Of a stretch of 64,000 bases of DNA, positions 1 through 10,152 are shown piece by piece. The stretch lies in contig CAWIEK010000057.1 in NCBI GenBank assembly GCA_963835065.1, positions 90,024-154,023 of the forward strand. Reading direction: 5' to 3'. The notes under the pieces were generated by a model. The model made no database searches. It was not told the origin of the DNA and saw nothing but the letters and a program-made list of their open reading frames with translations. The stretch comes from an uncultured Chthonomonadaceae bacterium. Lineage in GTDB: Bacteria; Armatimonadota; Chthonomonadetes; Chthonomonadales; Chthonomonadaceae. The stretch's first letter is position 1, and every line of letters begins with the position of its first letter. Both the position numbers and the translations under genes were made by a program.

Positions 1-2106
1 CGCTAATTGTCCCAGCGCGGCAAGCGCGGCGGCACGGCGGTAAGGCAATTTGGACAGCGCTTCCGCGTGGAAAAGCGGGCGCAGTTCCTCGCTCTTGGCG
101 CTGCTCAGGCTTCTAATCAGGGTCGCGCCCAGGCTGTTGCCCGGTTCCACCTTCAACACGTCGGTGAACAGGGCGATTTTGCCGGCATCCAGGCTTTCCC
201 CCGTCAATTTATTTGCCGCATAAGTTCGGTCTACGGAATTGGGCGCGACACGCAGCAGCAGCGCCATGTCCGCGTCCGTCCAATGGTTGTCCGGCACTTC
301 CTTGAGCAGATCGTGATCCGGGTCCAGCAGCACAAGCGCGGGCTTTTCCGCGCAGGGCAGATGGAACTCCTGCGTGGCCTGATTGAGAACCACCCGCTGG
401 CGCTGCAAGGCTTTGCTTCCGGTCTGCGCTCCGCTCCGAGGTTTCTCGCTTGACAGGGCCGCTTGCTTCAAGCCGGATGGGGCGGTTCCCATTCCACGCG
501 CCAGGCCGAACGTCACGGGCATGGTGTAAATGGGTGTGCCGTCCGTCGTGTTTTGCAGTTGCTTGACCGTCGCAACCACTTCCTTGCGTCCCTCATCATA
601 CGTCCACGTCATGTCCAGCACGGGATGGCCGGGCTTGCGTATCCACTGGTCGAAAAACGGCTTGATGTCGTGGTGGGTTTCTTCCGTGATGGCTTTTTCC
701 AGGTCACTGGTTTCCACCGCTTTATACTCGTTGGCTTTCAGATAGCGGCGCAGGCTGGCGAAAAAGGCTTTGTCGCCGAGTTCCCGGCGCAGCATGTGCA
801 AAATCACGCCGCCCTTCGCATAAGTGTGCCCCTGCTCGAACATGGCATCGTAGCTGGCATAGGTGTTGGTGCTGAGGGCGCGCTTGGAACGCGCCGCCGA
901 AGCCAGGTAGGAGCGCGTGTTCCCCTCCACTTCGGCTTCGTAGGTTTCCCTGCCGTTGAGATGTTCCATATAAAACATCTCCATGAAGGTCGCAAAACTC
1001 TCGTTGAGCCAGATGTCGCCCCAATCTTTACACGTCACCAGGTCGCCGAACCACTGGTGGCCGAGTTCGTGCGAGGTCAGGCTGGACATGGGGAATTTGT
1101 CGCCACGCGGTTCGGCCAGGCTGCGCGATCCCAGCGTGGTCGCGCTGACGTTTTCCATGCCGCCGGGAAAATCGAACACCCAGTCCTGCGCGTACTTGGG
1201 CCAGGGATACTTGACGCCCAGATTGTCGGAAAACCAACTCAGCATATCGGGCGTATTGCCGAACGATTCGGGAATCTGCTTTCCCATGCCTTTGGGAACG
1301 ACATAATAAAGGGGAACGCCGCGCCACATATCTTTTTGCACGTCCAGTTCGCCGCCGACAAGGGACAGCAGGTACGTGGAGTGGGGCTGCTTCATTGTCC
1401 AGTGAAACGTGCGGGTGTGCGCGTCGGCGTTGAGCGTGGCGGGAGTCTCGAAGCCATTGCCGATGACGGTCCACTCTTCCGGCACGGTGGTATGGGTTTC
1501 GCTGGTGCATTTGTCATTGGGATAATCGTAGCAGGGAACCCACGAACTGTTGGTGTTGGTTTCGCCCTGCGTCCAGAACCCCGGTCGGCGGGCCGGCTGA
1601 TTGGGGCGGGGGTCAATCCACGTGAACCCGCCCGCGCCGTTTGCGCCCGCTCGTGTGCGCGCGCCGACAGCAGGCATCGTATAAGCGATTTCTACGGCCA
1701 CTTCCTTGCCGCCGGCCAGGGGCGCGGCGGGCGTCAGGGTCAGCTGGTTGTTCTGCTGCGCAAAAGGAACATCCGTGCCGTTGATTTTGCAGGTTTCGAT
1801 TTTCAGGTTGTCGCGGGCGTCCAAAACTACGGTTGCCAGCGAATCGCGCAGGGGCGTCAGGTAGTGCGTGACGACGCCATGCGCGGAGTGTTCTTTGGCA
1901 TTGACATCGAAAATAAGTTTGAGATGCCGCACATGGTAATCGCGGACGCGCTCGGCATGGACGGTGGCGACGGGACGGTCATTGCGCCGCGCGTTCTGGC
2001 CGAATCCGCCCTGCGCCCCTGACATGGGCGCGAGCAGGCTCAAACCGGCAATGGCGGCAAGCGCGGCGAAACCGGCGCGAAATGGCAACATGGAAAAAGG
2101 CTTCAA
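1..2106 (-). CDS. M1 family (aminopeptidase N-like) zinc metallopeptidase, 3' end runs off the window
   Basis: Manual minus-strand translation gives GGMEN (GAMEN-like) and SHELGHQWFGDLVTCKDWGDIWLNESFA (HEXXH-X18-E). AAGGAG RBS before TTG at 2106 (alternative ATG 2091). Signal-peptide-like N-terminus. Confidence 0.92.
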   Translation of the reverse strand, partial: MKPFSMLPFRAGFAALAAIAGLSLLAPMSGAQGGFGQNARRNDRPVATVHAERVRDYHVRHLKLIFDVNAKEHSAHGVVTHYLTPLRDSLATVVLDARDNLKIETCKINGTDVPFAQQNNQLTLTPAAPLAGGKEVAVEIAYTMPAVGARTRAGANGAGGFTWIDPRPNQPARRPGFWTQGETNTNSSWVPCYDYPNDKCTSETHTTVPEEWTVIGNGFETPATLNADAHTRTFHWTMKQPHSTYLLSLVGGELDVQKDMWRGVPLYYVVPKGMGKQIPESFGNTPDMLSWFSDNLGVKYPWPKYAQDWVFDFPGGMENVSATTLGSRSLAEPRGDKFPMSSLTSHELGHQWFGDLVTCKDWGDIWLNESFATFMEMFYMEHLNGRETYEAEVEGNTRSYLASAARSKRALSTNTYASYDAMFEQGHTYAKGGVILHMLRRELGDKAFFASLRRYLKANEYKAVETSDLEKAITEETHHDIKPFFDQWIRKPGHPVLDMTWTYDEGRKEVVATVKQLQNTTDGTPIYTMPVTFGLARGMGTAPSGLKQAALSSEKPRSGAQTGSKALQRQRVVLNQATQEFHLPCAEKPALVLLDPDHDLLKEVPDNHWTDADMALLLRVAPNSVDRTYAANKLTGESLDAGKIALFTDVLKVEPGNSLGATLIRSLSSAKSEELRPLFHAEALSKLPYRRAAALAALGQLA

Positions 2107-2342
2107 CGGAAACTCCTTGCAAAATCGTGGGCACGAGGGAAGAGGATCAAAAATAGCGAATACAATCACGCGAACACAGCCCTATCAACGGACGCGCAAC
2201 CTACCGCTATATTACCACAATCCGGCGCAATCTAGCAGGTATGAAAGAGAAGAATACAGAGGAAAGGAGAATTCCAACCAACATAAAAAGTTTAAAATGT
2301 GGAACAACCATCACGAGATTATCAATTCACCGCCGGGAGTTA

Positions 2343-2702
2343 TTACACGCGGCCCAGAACATCGTCTCCAATGCGAACGCCATACAGAGGAGCATCAGGA
2401 CGTTTTTCCAAAATCATGTCGGCGGCAGCGCTGACAGTCTCGCCAATTGCATATTCTTCCGTATCCATTGCAATTACAAGAATCAGGCCGGCGTACTTTC
2501 GGGGTGAGTTGATGTCCAGATGCACGAACGGAAAGTAGATGCGTTTCGTATTTCCTTCCCAACCGGTCGTGACAATCATGTAGCGGTCGCGCTCCTGATC
2601 GAAAATGGCCTCATTTGTCACACTCGGGCTGGAAAAGCGGAGTTGCGCGAGGGGCATAAGAACATCGCGCACAATGTGACGATAACATTCTATTTTATCC
2701 AT
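2343..2702 (-). pseudogene. Chimeric XisI-like gene: XisI N-terminal ~65 aa fused to an unrelated C-terminal fragment
   Basis: MDKIECYRHIVRDVL...IFDQERDRYMIVTTGWEGNTKRIYFPFVHLDIN is XisI-like. The expected GKIWIQ.D.TE tail is replaced by SPRKYAGLILVIAMDTEEY...PDAPLYGVRIG. Confidence 0.65.
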
Positions 2703-2828
2703 TGCGTTATCTTCTCCCTCTCCGTATCGAACACGATCAGGCGCAATGTCTTTCGCGGACATGGTGTTTTGCTCTTGCTGAATTATACCATAGCCCGTCA
2801 GGAGTGAATAGTCGCAACCGCCAACACG

Positions 2829-2862
2829 CCGCGAAGTCCTGCCGACACAGCAGGACTTCGCA
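2829..2862. repeat. Palindromic hairpin GCGAAGTCCTGC...GCAGGACTTCGC, copy A
   Basis: Near-identical hairpin at 4679-4716. Confidence 0.7.
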
Positions 2863-2949
2863 GGCAGTACTTTGGCTTCAGGAGGCCGCTTGTACAACAC
2901 ATTGAAACCCCTGAGATTGGTGTATAATACGGATAAGGAGATAGCGATT

Positions 2950-3321
2950 ATGCAAACGGCTCTGCGCCTGCAAACGACGGTTCTGCCCGGACAGCGCATT
3001 GAGGTTTCTGCGCCCGAACTGCTGGAAGGCGATACGGTAGAACTGATTATCCTCAGCGCGAACACGACTTCTGCGGGGCGGTATCCTGCCGCGCTGGAGG
3101 CCGCCTACGATACGTTGATCCAGAAGAAATTGGCGGGAACGCTGACCTCCGAAGAGACTCTGCGCCTTCAGGCGGCGCGGGAAGAGATAAGCGCCATAGA
3201 TCAAACTTATCCCGATATTCGCGCGCAGCAGGCGCACAAATTAAGCGAGGAACTGGCGCAGATACGCGCTGAATTACAAGCCTTGCCTCCAATCTGTCAG
3301 CCGACACCCCCATTGCCATGA
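2950..3321 (+). CDS. Small hypothetical, antitoxin-like protein
   Basis: TAAGGAG RBS, GTGTATAAT upstream, MQTALRLQTTVLPGQRIEVSAPEL..GDTVELIIL beta-hairpin N-terminus. Confidence 0.65.
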   Translation: MQTALRLQTTVLPGQRIEVSAPELLEGDTVELIILSANTTSAGRYPAALEAAYDTLIQKKLAGTLTSEETLRLQAAREEISAIDQTYPDIRAQQAHKLSEELAQIRAELQALPPICQPTPPLP

Positions 3322-3383
3322 TCTTTGCTCGCAGCCAACCGGAACGCGAAATAGTCAGTAGCTCATGTCTTGCCTGATTTTTA

Positions 3384-3806
3384 TCAGACAGACCAATCTT
3401 CCACTTTCAAGCCGGGTACTCTCTGGAAGTCGGACAGATTACGGGTCAACAGAACGGCATCATTGGCAAGCGCGATAGCGGCAATCTGCAAATCTTTTGT
3501 GCCAACGCGAAGACGTGACTGCCGCAAGCGTTCGTAGATGGCAGCGGCGTTCTCGTCATAATCCAGAATAGGAATGCGGCGAAACCTTTCCACATGACTC
3601 CGCAATTTCGCATACGCTTCAATCTGCTTTGAGGGCGTATTTGCTCGCGCGACATAAGCCAGCCAGCCGCGCATTTGTTCTTCATACGTGATAATGCTAA
3701 CGGCAACGTCCTCTTGCGGCAATGCGGCCAGACGCCTGCCGAGATTGAAAGCCTCGATGGTATCCAAATCCAGTATGCTGAGATGGTCGGTATCCAGAAC
3801 GCGCAT
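3384..3806 (-). CDS. vapC: PIN-domain VapC toxin
   Basis: VLDTDHLS...ITYEEQMRG...DLQIAAIALANDAVLLTRNLSDF PIN motifs. TGATG overlap with upstream gene. Confidence 0.92.
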   Translation of the reverse strand: MRVLDTDHLSILDLDTIEAFNLGRRLAALPQEDVAVSIITYEEQMRGWLAYVARANTPSKQIEAYAKLRSHVERFRRIPILDYDENAAAIYERLRQSRLRVGTKDLQIAAIALANDAVLLTRNLSDFQRVPGLKVEDWSV

Positions 3807-4021
3807 CAGGAGCCAGTTTCCTCGTCTTCTACCTGCTGCGATTGCCGCCACTCGCGCCCTAATTGCATGGCTTCGACGTACGCCGGATCGTTCTTGAACG
3901 TGCCGCGTATTTCTTCCCACCAGGGTTTTTTAACAGGCGCGGCATCCGCGCGTTGCCGCTTCAACGCTTCCACTTCCGCTTCCAATCGCGTCAGACGTTC
4001 TTCTATTTCGGTGACTGCCAT
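3806..4021 (-). CDS. Putative VapB-like antitoxin
   Basis: 71 aa, coiled-coil N-terminus, PWWEEIRGTF motif, translationally coupled to the PIN gene, GGAGG RBS and TGGTATAAT promoter upstream. Confidence 0.82.
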   Translation of the reverse strand: MAVTEIEERLTRLEAEVEALKRQRADAAPVKKPWWEEIRGTFKNDPAYVEAMQLGREWRQSQQVEDEETGS

Positions 4022-4236
4022 AAAGGAAACCTCCTCCCTAAATTGCTCTGCACAGCCAGATTATACCACAGCCCCACTCTCACGCCATGCGTTTGCGGCG
4101 TATCTAGGCGCCTATCGCGTCAGGCCGGGCGTTTCCTCCTGAATCCACCCGGCAGGAAAGCGCAAGCATCCTGCGAACGCCCTCCCAAGCTTGTCAGGAG
4201 AGGATCGAGGCAAAAGCAAAGGATGAAGGATGAGGG

Positions 4237-4390
4237 TATGTAGAGACAGCGTCGAAATCTTGGCAATGCAGCGCTTCCAGCCCAGTGTCTCGTTGTGTCA
4301 AATTGTAAGTAGAGGCGTCGTGACCTCAGAGGCGTCAGGGCGAACGGGAAGAGTTTACAGGCATCTTCTTGCACCTCCCTTCTGTGTTAG
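4237..4390. repeat. Dispersed ~150-bp element, copy 1 (inverted relative to copy at ~21020-21171)
   Basis: Reverse complement aligns block by block with 21020-21171: gaagggaggtgcaa, atgcctgta, tgaggtcacgacgcctct, gacacaa, gctggaagcgctgcattgccaa, atttcgacg, ctctacata. Confidence 0.88.
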
Positions 4391-4678
4391 GGTTTTAGGT
4401 TGTTAGGTTGAGAGTTGAGAGTTGATAGAAACTACGAACGTTCTACGGCCCACCACCTGGCTGATTAGTAGACGTTTGTATCTAGTAGACAGGAGGAGTG
4501 GGGCGATAGTTTCGGTTTTTTAGCGCTGTACGGCTTTTTTGCTGTCTTTTTGCTGGATTGTGGCTGTGGGAAGAATCGGGAGAGGGCGCTTGCTTCGGTT
4601 CGTGCCTCTATCCCTTCCCGGTTACAGCTCCTGAAATCATTCGCACATTATCGTAACGTTTGCGAATTGCCACAAAAA

Positions 4679-4716
4679 CCGCGAAGTCTTGCCGCCATAG
4701 CAGCAGGACTTCGCGG
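4679..4716 (-). terminator. Probable intrinsic terminator of the Kelch/Ig gene (hairpin copy B)
   Basis: GC-rich stem followed by a T-run on the minus strand, ~50 bp after the stop at 4769. Confidence 0.6.
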
Positions 4717-4768
4717 ATAGGATGCCTTGAACTGTAGGGTCCCTGTCTTGGAAGATGATTCGCGCGGG

Positions 4769-7700
4769 TTAGCGGCTGCCCTGTCCGGCCAGAACCCGCG
4801 TGGCGTAGGTGATGGGCTTGCCGGTGTCGCTGTTGGTGAAATCCAGCGTCACCGTCACGCTTGCGCCTGCCGCCATATCGCCCGCCTGTATGGTGAGGTA
4901 CGGACTGCCTGCCGGTGTGGTCGCGCTCGTGACGCCGGTTTTGTTGAACAGCGCGGCATTGCTGCTCAGGCCATCCAGCACCAGCGAAACCGGACCGGCA
5001 ATGGCGGAACTGCCCGTGTTCTTGACCGTGACGCGTCTGCGCGAAACGCCCGGTGGCGCGGTTGAAGCGGAAGGCGCTGCGCGTGACGCTGACCTGCGAA
5101 GAAACGTCTGTAGCGATGTTGGGAAGTTGCGTGACGGTATCCGGCTGCGAGTGCGCGTTTTCCAGGTTGAAGGTGTTGTCCCGCGCCTGACTGTAAAAGG
5201 CATACGTGTGCCCGCCCACGCCCGTAAACGTCGCGCTCGTGTCCGTCGTATTCGTCAGCCAGGGCGTGTACGCGCCGCCGTTGTCCGAAACATAGATGGT
5301 GAAGTCCCGCAATCCCGAACCTACATCCTGCCCCTTCCACGACACAGGGAAGTTCAGCGCGTTCTGCACCCCCGCCAGTGGGTTTACCTGACTGCTCGGC
5401 TTGTCGTTGTCAATGGTATTGAACCAGATGGGTGTGAGCATGGCGGCATTCGCATCGAACACGATGGAAGCCTGATCGCGGACGATGGTTCCGGTTTTCA
5501 GGTTCTTGCGCGGCATGACGGTGAACAGCATACTGCCTTCCTGCCCCGGATCAAGGAAGCCGTTGGGATCGTCGGGAGCGAGCGGCAGACCAGTAGCCGG
5601 ATTGATGGAGGTAAACGTCCACGCCAGTAGGCCGTTGTCAAGGTTCAGCTTCGCATTGACATGCACCAGCAGATTCTTCGTCGGGCGCAGGTCTACGTCG
5701 GCGTCGTACTCCCGAACGCCCGCAATGGGGTTGATATGATCTTCGGGCGTGACGGTCTGATTGCCGATAGTGATGGTTCCCAAACTTAGCGTACTCAGGT
5801 CCGCGCCGGGCAAGTCCAGTTGATCCGTGACTTTGATCACCTGCGCCGCCGCTGTCGCTTCCGGCTTATTGGCGAAGAAGACGGTATACGGCATAGGCTG
5901 TGAGCCTGATACCCACTGCGGAGCGCCGAACCCTATCGTTCCAGCGATGTCGTTTGGATCACCGGATGTGATATTCTCTCCAAAAAGATGAGCTAACGCT
6001 TCGCAAGCGAGATCAATGAGGTAATCTTGCACCTTGCTTTTGACCCAATCCTTGGGATTGAGTTCTAGAAGAGCAACAACACACAAAACGTGAACTGCTG
6101 GTAAGGCTGGTATCAATGCAGGGAACGTGATGCCAACCGCAACATCTATGGCGAGACAGGCTTCGTATGCCTCTGGTATGCCAGCTAAGGTTTCGACTTG
6201 CTCAACTACGAACTTGATCCATTCACAAGCCAGTTTAAAATCGAAAGGAGTTGACGGGCCAGGTGGCACAGGTGGATTAACATAGGTTGAGTTACTTATG
6301 TTTACCTGGAAAGTGGCAGTTTGAGAATATCCGGGAACGGTCACTGTTCCAGTTGCCTGACCAGCATTTGACCAGTTCAAGTTGATGGTAGTTCCCTGTG
6401 AGTTGGTCATCAAGGTTGGCTGCAAGTGTTCATTTAATGTCACCGTTGTTACGGTTCCATCGCTGCTAGTGACTTCGTATTGACCTAACCTACTGACTCG
6501 GCCACCAACCATAACTCCGAAGTAGTCTACTGTATTACCTGACTTGGTTCTAGTTCTGATAATACGTCGCTCAGTAAGGTCTCCTATGTATATCACTCCC
6601 CCTACCAACTCCTGATTTATCCAGGCATTGACCTGAAACAGATTGTGAGCGTACCGTGGATCATCAGGTGATTTCACACGTAGCGAGATAGTTTGGGAAC
6701 TGCCTGCTGGTACAGAAGCAAGTTGAACTCCGATAGCCGTGCTGTTCCCGCCCGTGAAGGTGTCACTGGCTTTCGCGTCTATCAATTGCCACTCGAAGTA
6801 GTTAGGGAACTGGATACGGATGTCTGCGGTGCTGGCGTCCACGTTGCCTGAGTTCTGCACTTGCACGTTGTACGTTGTCCATGCGCCGCCGCGAATCTGG
6901 CTACGTCCAATTACCTGCGTTTGCAGCAACGGTTGTTTGAGGTCTTCGACGGTGAACTGTTGGGGCAGGGTGATGACTGTGCCGTCGGGGTTGGTGATGA
7001 CGACATAGCGTGGGCCTAGCGTTGCGCCAGTCAGATCGAACGTGGTTTGTATACGCGAAGAGCCTTTGAAGTTGGTAAAAATGAACGTCTTGGTGTTCGT
7101 GCCTTGAATGTCCGGCTGTTTGTCGGCAGTCAATTTGACGGATGCGCCCTCCTGAACGCCGTTGAGGAGTATGGTGGCTGTCACACTGCCACCTTTGCCA
7201 CCATGATCGGGGAAGATGTTGGTAGCCGCGATGTGGAATGTGTCGAACTCTGGCCTTTAGTGAAGAGGCGTCTCCCGCCTCATCCGTCGCGAAAGCGAAC
7301 AGACGCCCATCACCTATCGACACAACGGGCATGTAATAACTTGGTTTGGGCAGGGCAGGGGCAGAAGCCCATCGGGAAGTTACAGGGTCGTAAGCATCTA
7401 CTTCGGTGAACGAGGCACTATAATAGTATCTGCCACCAATGACATAGATCAAACCGTCCTGTCCGGTAACGACTGCCGATTGATTGCGCGGATTGGGCAA
7501 TGAGGGAAGCGTTGTCCAGGTATTAGCAACAGGATCATAAGCAGCAAAACCTCCAGAGACGCCGAATCCTGCGTAGATTTTCCCGTCTGGCCCTGCCGCG
7601 ATAGTGATTGGATCTCCCATATAGGGCGCAGGCATTCGTGTTATCCACGTTTTTGCTTTTACATCATAGGCCAATACCGTATTAGACGGGTTCCCCTGTG

Positions 7701-8193
7701 GACGTCCACCGATTGAATAGATTAGCCCATCCGAACCGACTGCAGTGGCGTGGGAGGTCTCATATAAAATTGGCTGCGGGAGCGACGTAACTGTAGTCCA
7801 GGTGTCGGTCACCGTATTGTAGGCTTCGACAGTCGCTACTATATTACCCGAACTGTCAACCCCACCAATGGCATAAATCAAGCCATCCGGGCCAGCTACC
7901 ACACTCAGACCGACGCGGGACGTGGGGAGTGGAGTACCCTTCGTCCAGATGTTCTTTGCCGGGTCATAGATGTCCACCGGACTCACGGTGTCATAATAGT
8001 CAGGATGGAATTGTCCCCCAACGACATAGATGCGACCATCAGGGCCGACAGCGGCTCCGAAGCCTGCACGCGGTGTCGGCATGACGGTTGGCTGCGTCCA
8101 GCCCGCCTGGGCGAAAGATCGAGATGGCACACAGGTCAGCAAGCAGACCAGAAGTACGAGGATAGAAAGTAGCTGGCATAAAGTGCGGTTCAT
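4769..8193 (-). CDS. Large secreted protein: signal peptide, Kelch beta-propeller, Ig/CARDB-like domains, low-GC variable core, DPND-type domain, FN3-like and C-terminal domain; two 1-bp frameshifts (~7255, ~5032)
   Basis: Three overlapping ORFs (6901-8193, 4608-7184, 4769-5203) join into one protein. Kelch repeats GPDGRIYVVGG/GPDGLIYAIGG. Junctions read ...SLK|PEFDTFHIAATNIFPDHGG and ...RFAQT|VTVKNTG. Confidence 0.82.
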
Positions 8194-8312
8194 CCTACAA
8201 GTCTCCCTTCAACAATAGTACAGAGATAACCATCACGAGCAAGGCATCAGCCCGAAAAGACGCGCAGGTAAACGCCTGACAGACTGGACCACTGAGTTCA
8301 AGTTGGCTAAGA

Positions 8313-9947
8313 TTAGCCTTGTAAATGCTGGGCCGTTCCCACGAGCCAGAGAGTGCCGTCATTGCTGAAGGTGACGGCGTGGGGCGTCACGTCGGCAGGG
8401 AGTGGGATGCGCTGCTGCAATTTGCCGTCCGCCGCGTACACGGCAATATCGCGGCTTGTATTGCAGGGAATATAGAACCGTTCCTCTTGCGCATGGAAGG
8501 CGAACGGGCCATGATATGCGTCCTCCGCCCGCCAGCAACGCAGGAACTCGCCTTCGGCATCGTAAATCTGCATCATCGGCTCTTCCGGTTTCTCCCGACT
8601 GTTGCTACAACGCAACGCAGCGAGTTCTCCGCCGGGAAGCGATTGAAGGCCGGGAAAGTAGGTATCCATCGGCAGTTGCGCGAACGTCCGCCGCAGTTTC
8701 CCCTCGCGTGTATACAGGCCGATAGAACCACCCCGGGTGCTGTAGTGCGCCAGGTACAGACGCTCCTTTGCCGCCAATGCGATGCAGGTACAGCATTGCA
8801 GAATCAAGGGCTGGACGTGCCCGCCGCCGTTAGTGAATCGTTGCAGCGCATTCCCCGATGTCATCAGCAGCCTGCCCGAAGCATCGAACGCCATGCCTTT
8901 GCCATCGCTAAGCGCGGCGAGGGTGGAACGTCCGCCATAAAAGACGCGCTGCTCCGCGCCGTCCGGCATAAATTCAATGACTTCCTGCTGATTTAGCCCT
9001 TCCCGTATGGCTCGCTTATGCACCACATACACCCGACCTGGGGTAAAGTCCTGACGCCGCGCTGCGGGCGGCGCAATCGCAAGCCCGGCGGGATAGCGCA
9101 GCCGCCCCGGCCCGACGATCTGCCGCGCCCGATACACCTTTCCCGCCTCCGGTTCCAGGCAATACAATACGCCGGAAGACGGAGACGGGTTTGCCGCATA
9201 GCCCAACGGCACGGAAGCCGCGTTGGTTGCCAGCATCAACATCATGCCGAAGGATGCCAGTTCCTGCCACTGCGCTATGTCTGACAGGTTTTCCAGGCTG
9301 TGCGCTGAAATCTGGCAGTCCAGGGGCGAATAGTCACGCGCAAAACAGCGCGCCGTTTCATTTACAAACTTCATCACGTCCAGGGGTAAATGGCCCATTG
9401 CAATCGCGACGGCCACAGCCTCCTGCGGACTCTGCGTGTTCAGGCGCGTTTGGATGCTTTTCAGAATGTTGTTGATGTTGGCGGGCGCGCAGCCGCGCTG
9501 CATCGCAATTTGCGCGGGCGTTTTGCCCTGCGCGAAAAGAACCAAAATTTCAATCTGCGTTTCGGTCAGCCGCTTTTTGCCATCCTCGGTCACGGCTTCC
9601 TTACGCCGATGGCGCTGTTCGGGAAACAGATTGCCGAACAAGACTTGCAGGACTTCGCCGTTTCCCAACAAAGACGGCAGACGGTGCAGCATTTCGGCGC
9701 GGCGCGGGTCTTCGTCCAGCGTTTGCCGAATGTCGGTAACAATCTTGCGCAGCCAATCGAATTCTGCCAGAGCGGGCGCGCTGAAGTCGTTTTCCGGCAC
9801 AGCGTAGGTTCCGGCTTCTGCCTCACCTTCCGCAACAAGCGCTTCCCCGGCCAGATACAGCGCGGAAGTCATCTGCGCTTCAGCGGCGTAAGGATGGGCA
9901 GAAGGCGGGTCAGGTGATTGTGAAGAAGCCTTGTCCGGTTCGCCCAT
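8313..9947 (-). CDS. LuxR-type HTH regulator fused to C-terminal NHL-like beta-propeller
   Basis: AGGAAGG RBS before ATG 9947. LTETQIEILVLFAQGKTPAQIA..RG......NNILKSIQTRLN LuxR HTH. Repeats such as YPAGLAI, GMAFDASGRLL, PHAVTFSNDGTLW. Confidence 0.78.
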   Translation of the reverse strand: MGEPDKASSQSPDPPSAHPYAAEAQMTSALYLAGEALVAEGEAEAGTYAVPENDFSAPALAEFDWLRKIVTDIRQTLDEDPRRAEMLHRLPSLLGNGEVLQVLFGNLFPEQRHRRKEAVTEDGKKRLTETQIEILVLFAQGKTPAQIAMQRGCAPANINNILKSIQTRLNTQSPQEAVAVAIAMGHLPLDVMKFVNETARCFARDYSPLDCQISAHSLENLSDIAQWQELASFGMMLMLATNAASVPLGYAANPSPSSGVLYCLEPEAGKVYRARQIVGPGRLRYPAGLAIAPPAARRQDFTPGRVYVVHKRAIREGLNQQEVIEFMPDGAEQRVFYGGRSTLAALSDGKGMAFDASGRLLMTSGNALQRFTNGGGHVQPLILQCCTCIALAAKERLYLAHYSTRGGSIGLYTREGKLRRTFAQLPMDTYFPGLQSLPGGELAALRCSNSREKPEEPMMQIYDAEGEFLRCWRAEDAYHGPFAFHAQEERFYIPCNTSRDIAVYAADGKLQQRIPLPADVTPHAVTFSNDGTLWLVGTAQHLQG

Positions 9948-10080
9948 AAAATCCCTTCCTGCCGAAGTAAAATGCTCAGTGGGTAACGTGGAGAAGTATA
10001 ACACAAAATGGGAAAATGTTTTGGTTGTCAATTGCAACCATTCTGGCCGGGATTTTGGAGCGGAAGAGGGGGAAGGAAGT

Positions 10081-10152
10081 GATGAATGATGAGTGATGAG
10101 TGCTGAATGAACTGCATTTTGTTCATCATTCATCATTCCGCGTTCAGCATTT
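10081..10152. repeat. GATGAAT/ATTCATC heptamer palindromic element
   Basis: Shares arms and the core gcattttgttcatcattcatca with 59393-59470. Confidence 0.8.

Noticed and set aside
463..2022. Long plus-strand ORFs here and elsewhere (e.g. 11451-12527, 42181-43503, 48564-49556)
   Set aside because: Antisense shadows of motif-supported genes in high-GC DNA.
4368..4384. 16S rRNA 3' end suggested by CACCTCCCTTCT
   Set aside because: No other rRNA sequence adjacent; it is part of the dispersed element.
4386..4428. Telomere-like TTAGGG repeats
   Set aside because: Degenerate 7-bp period, internal, and matches other intergenic heptamer tracts.
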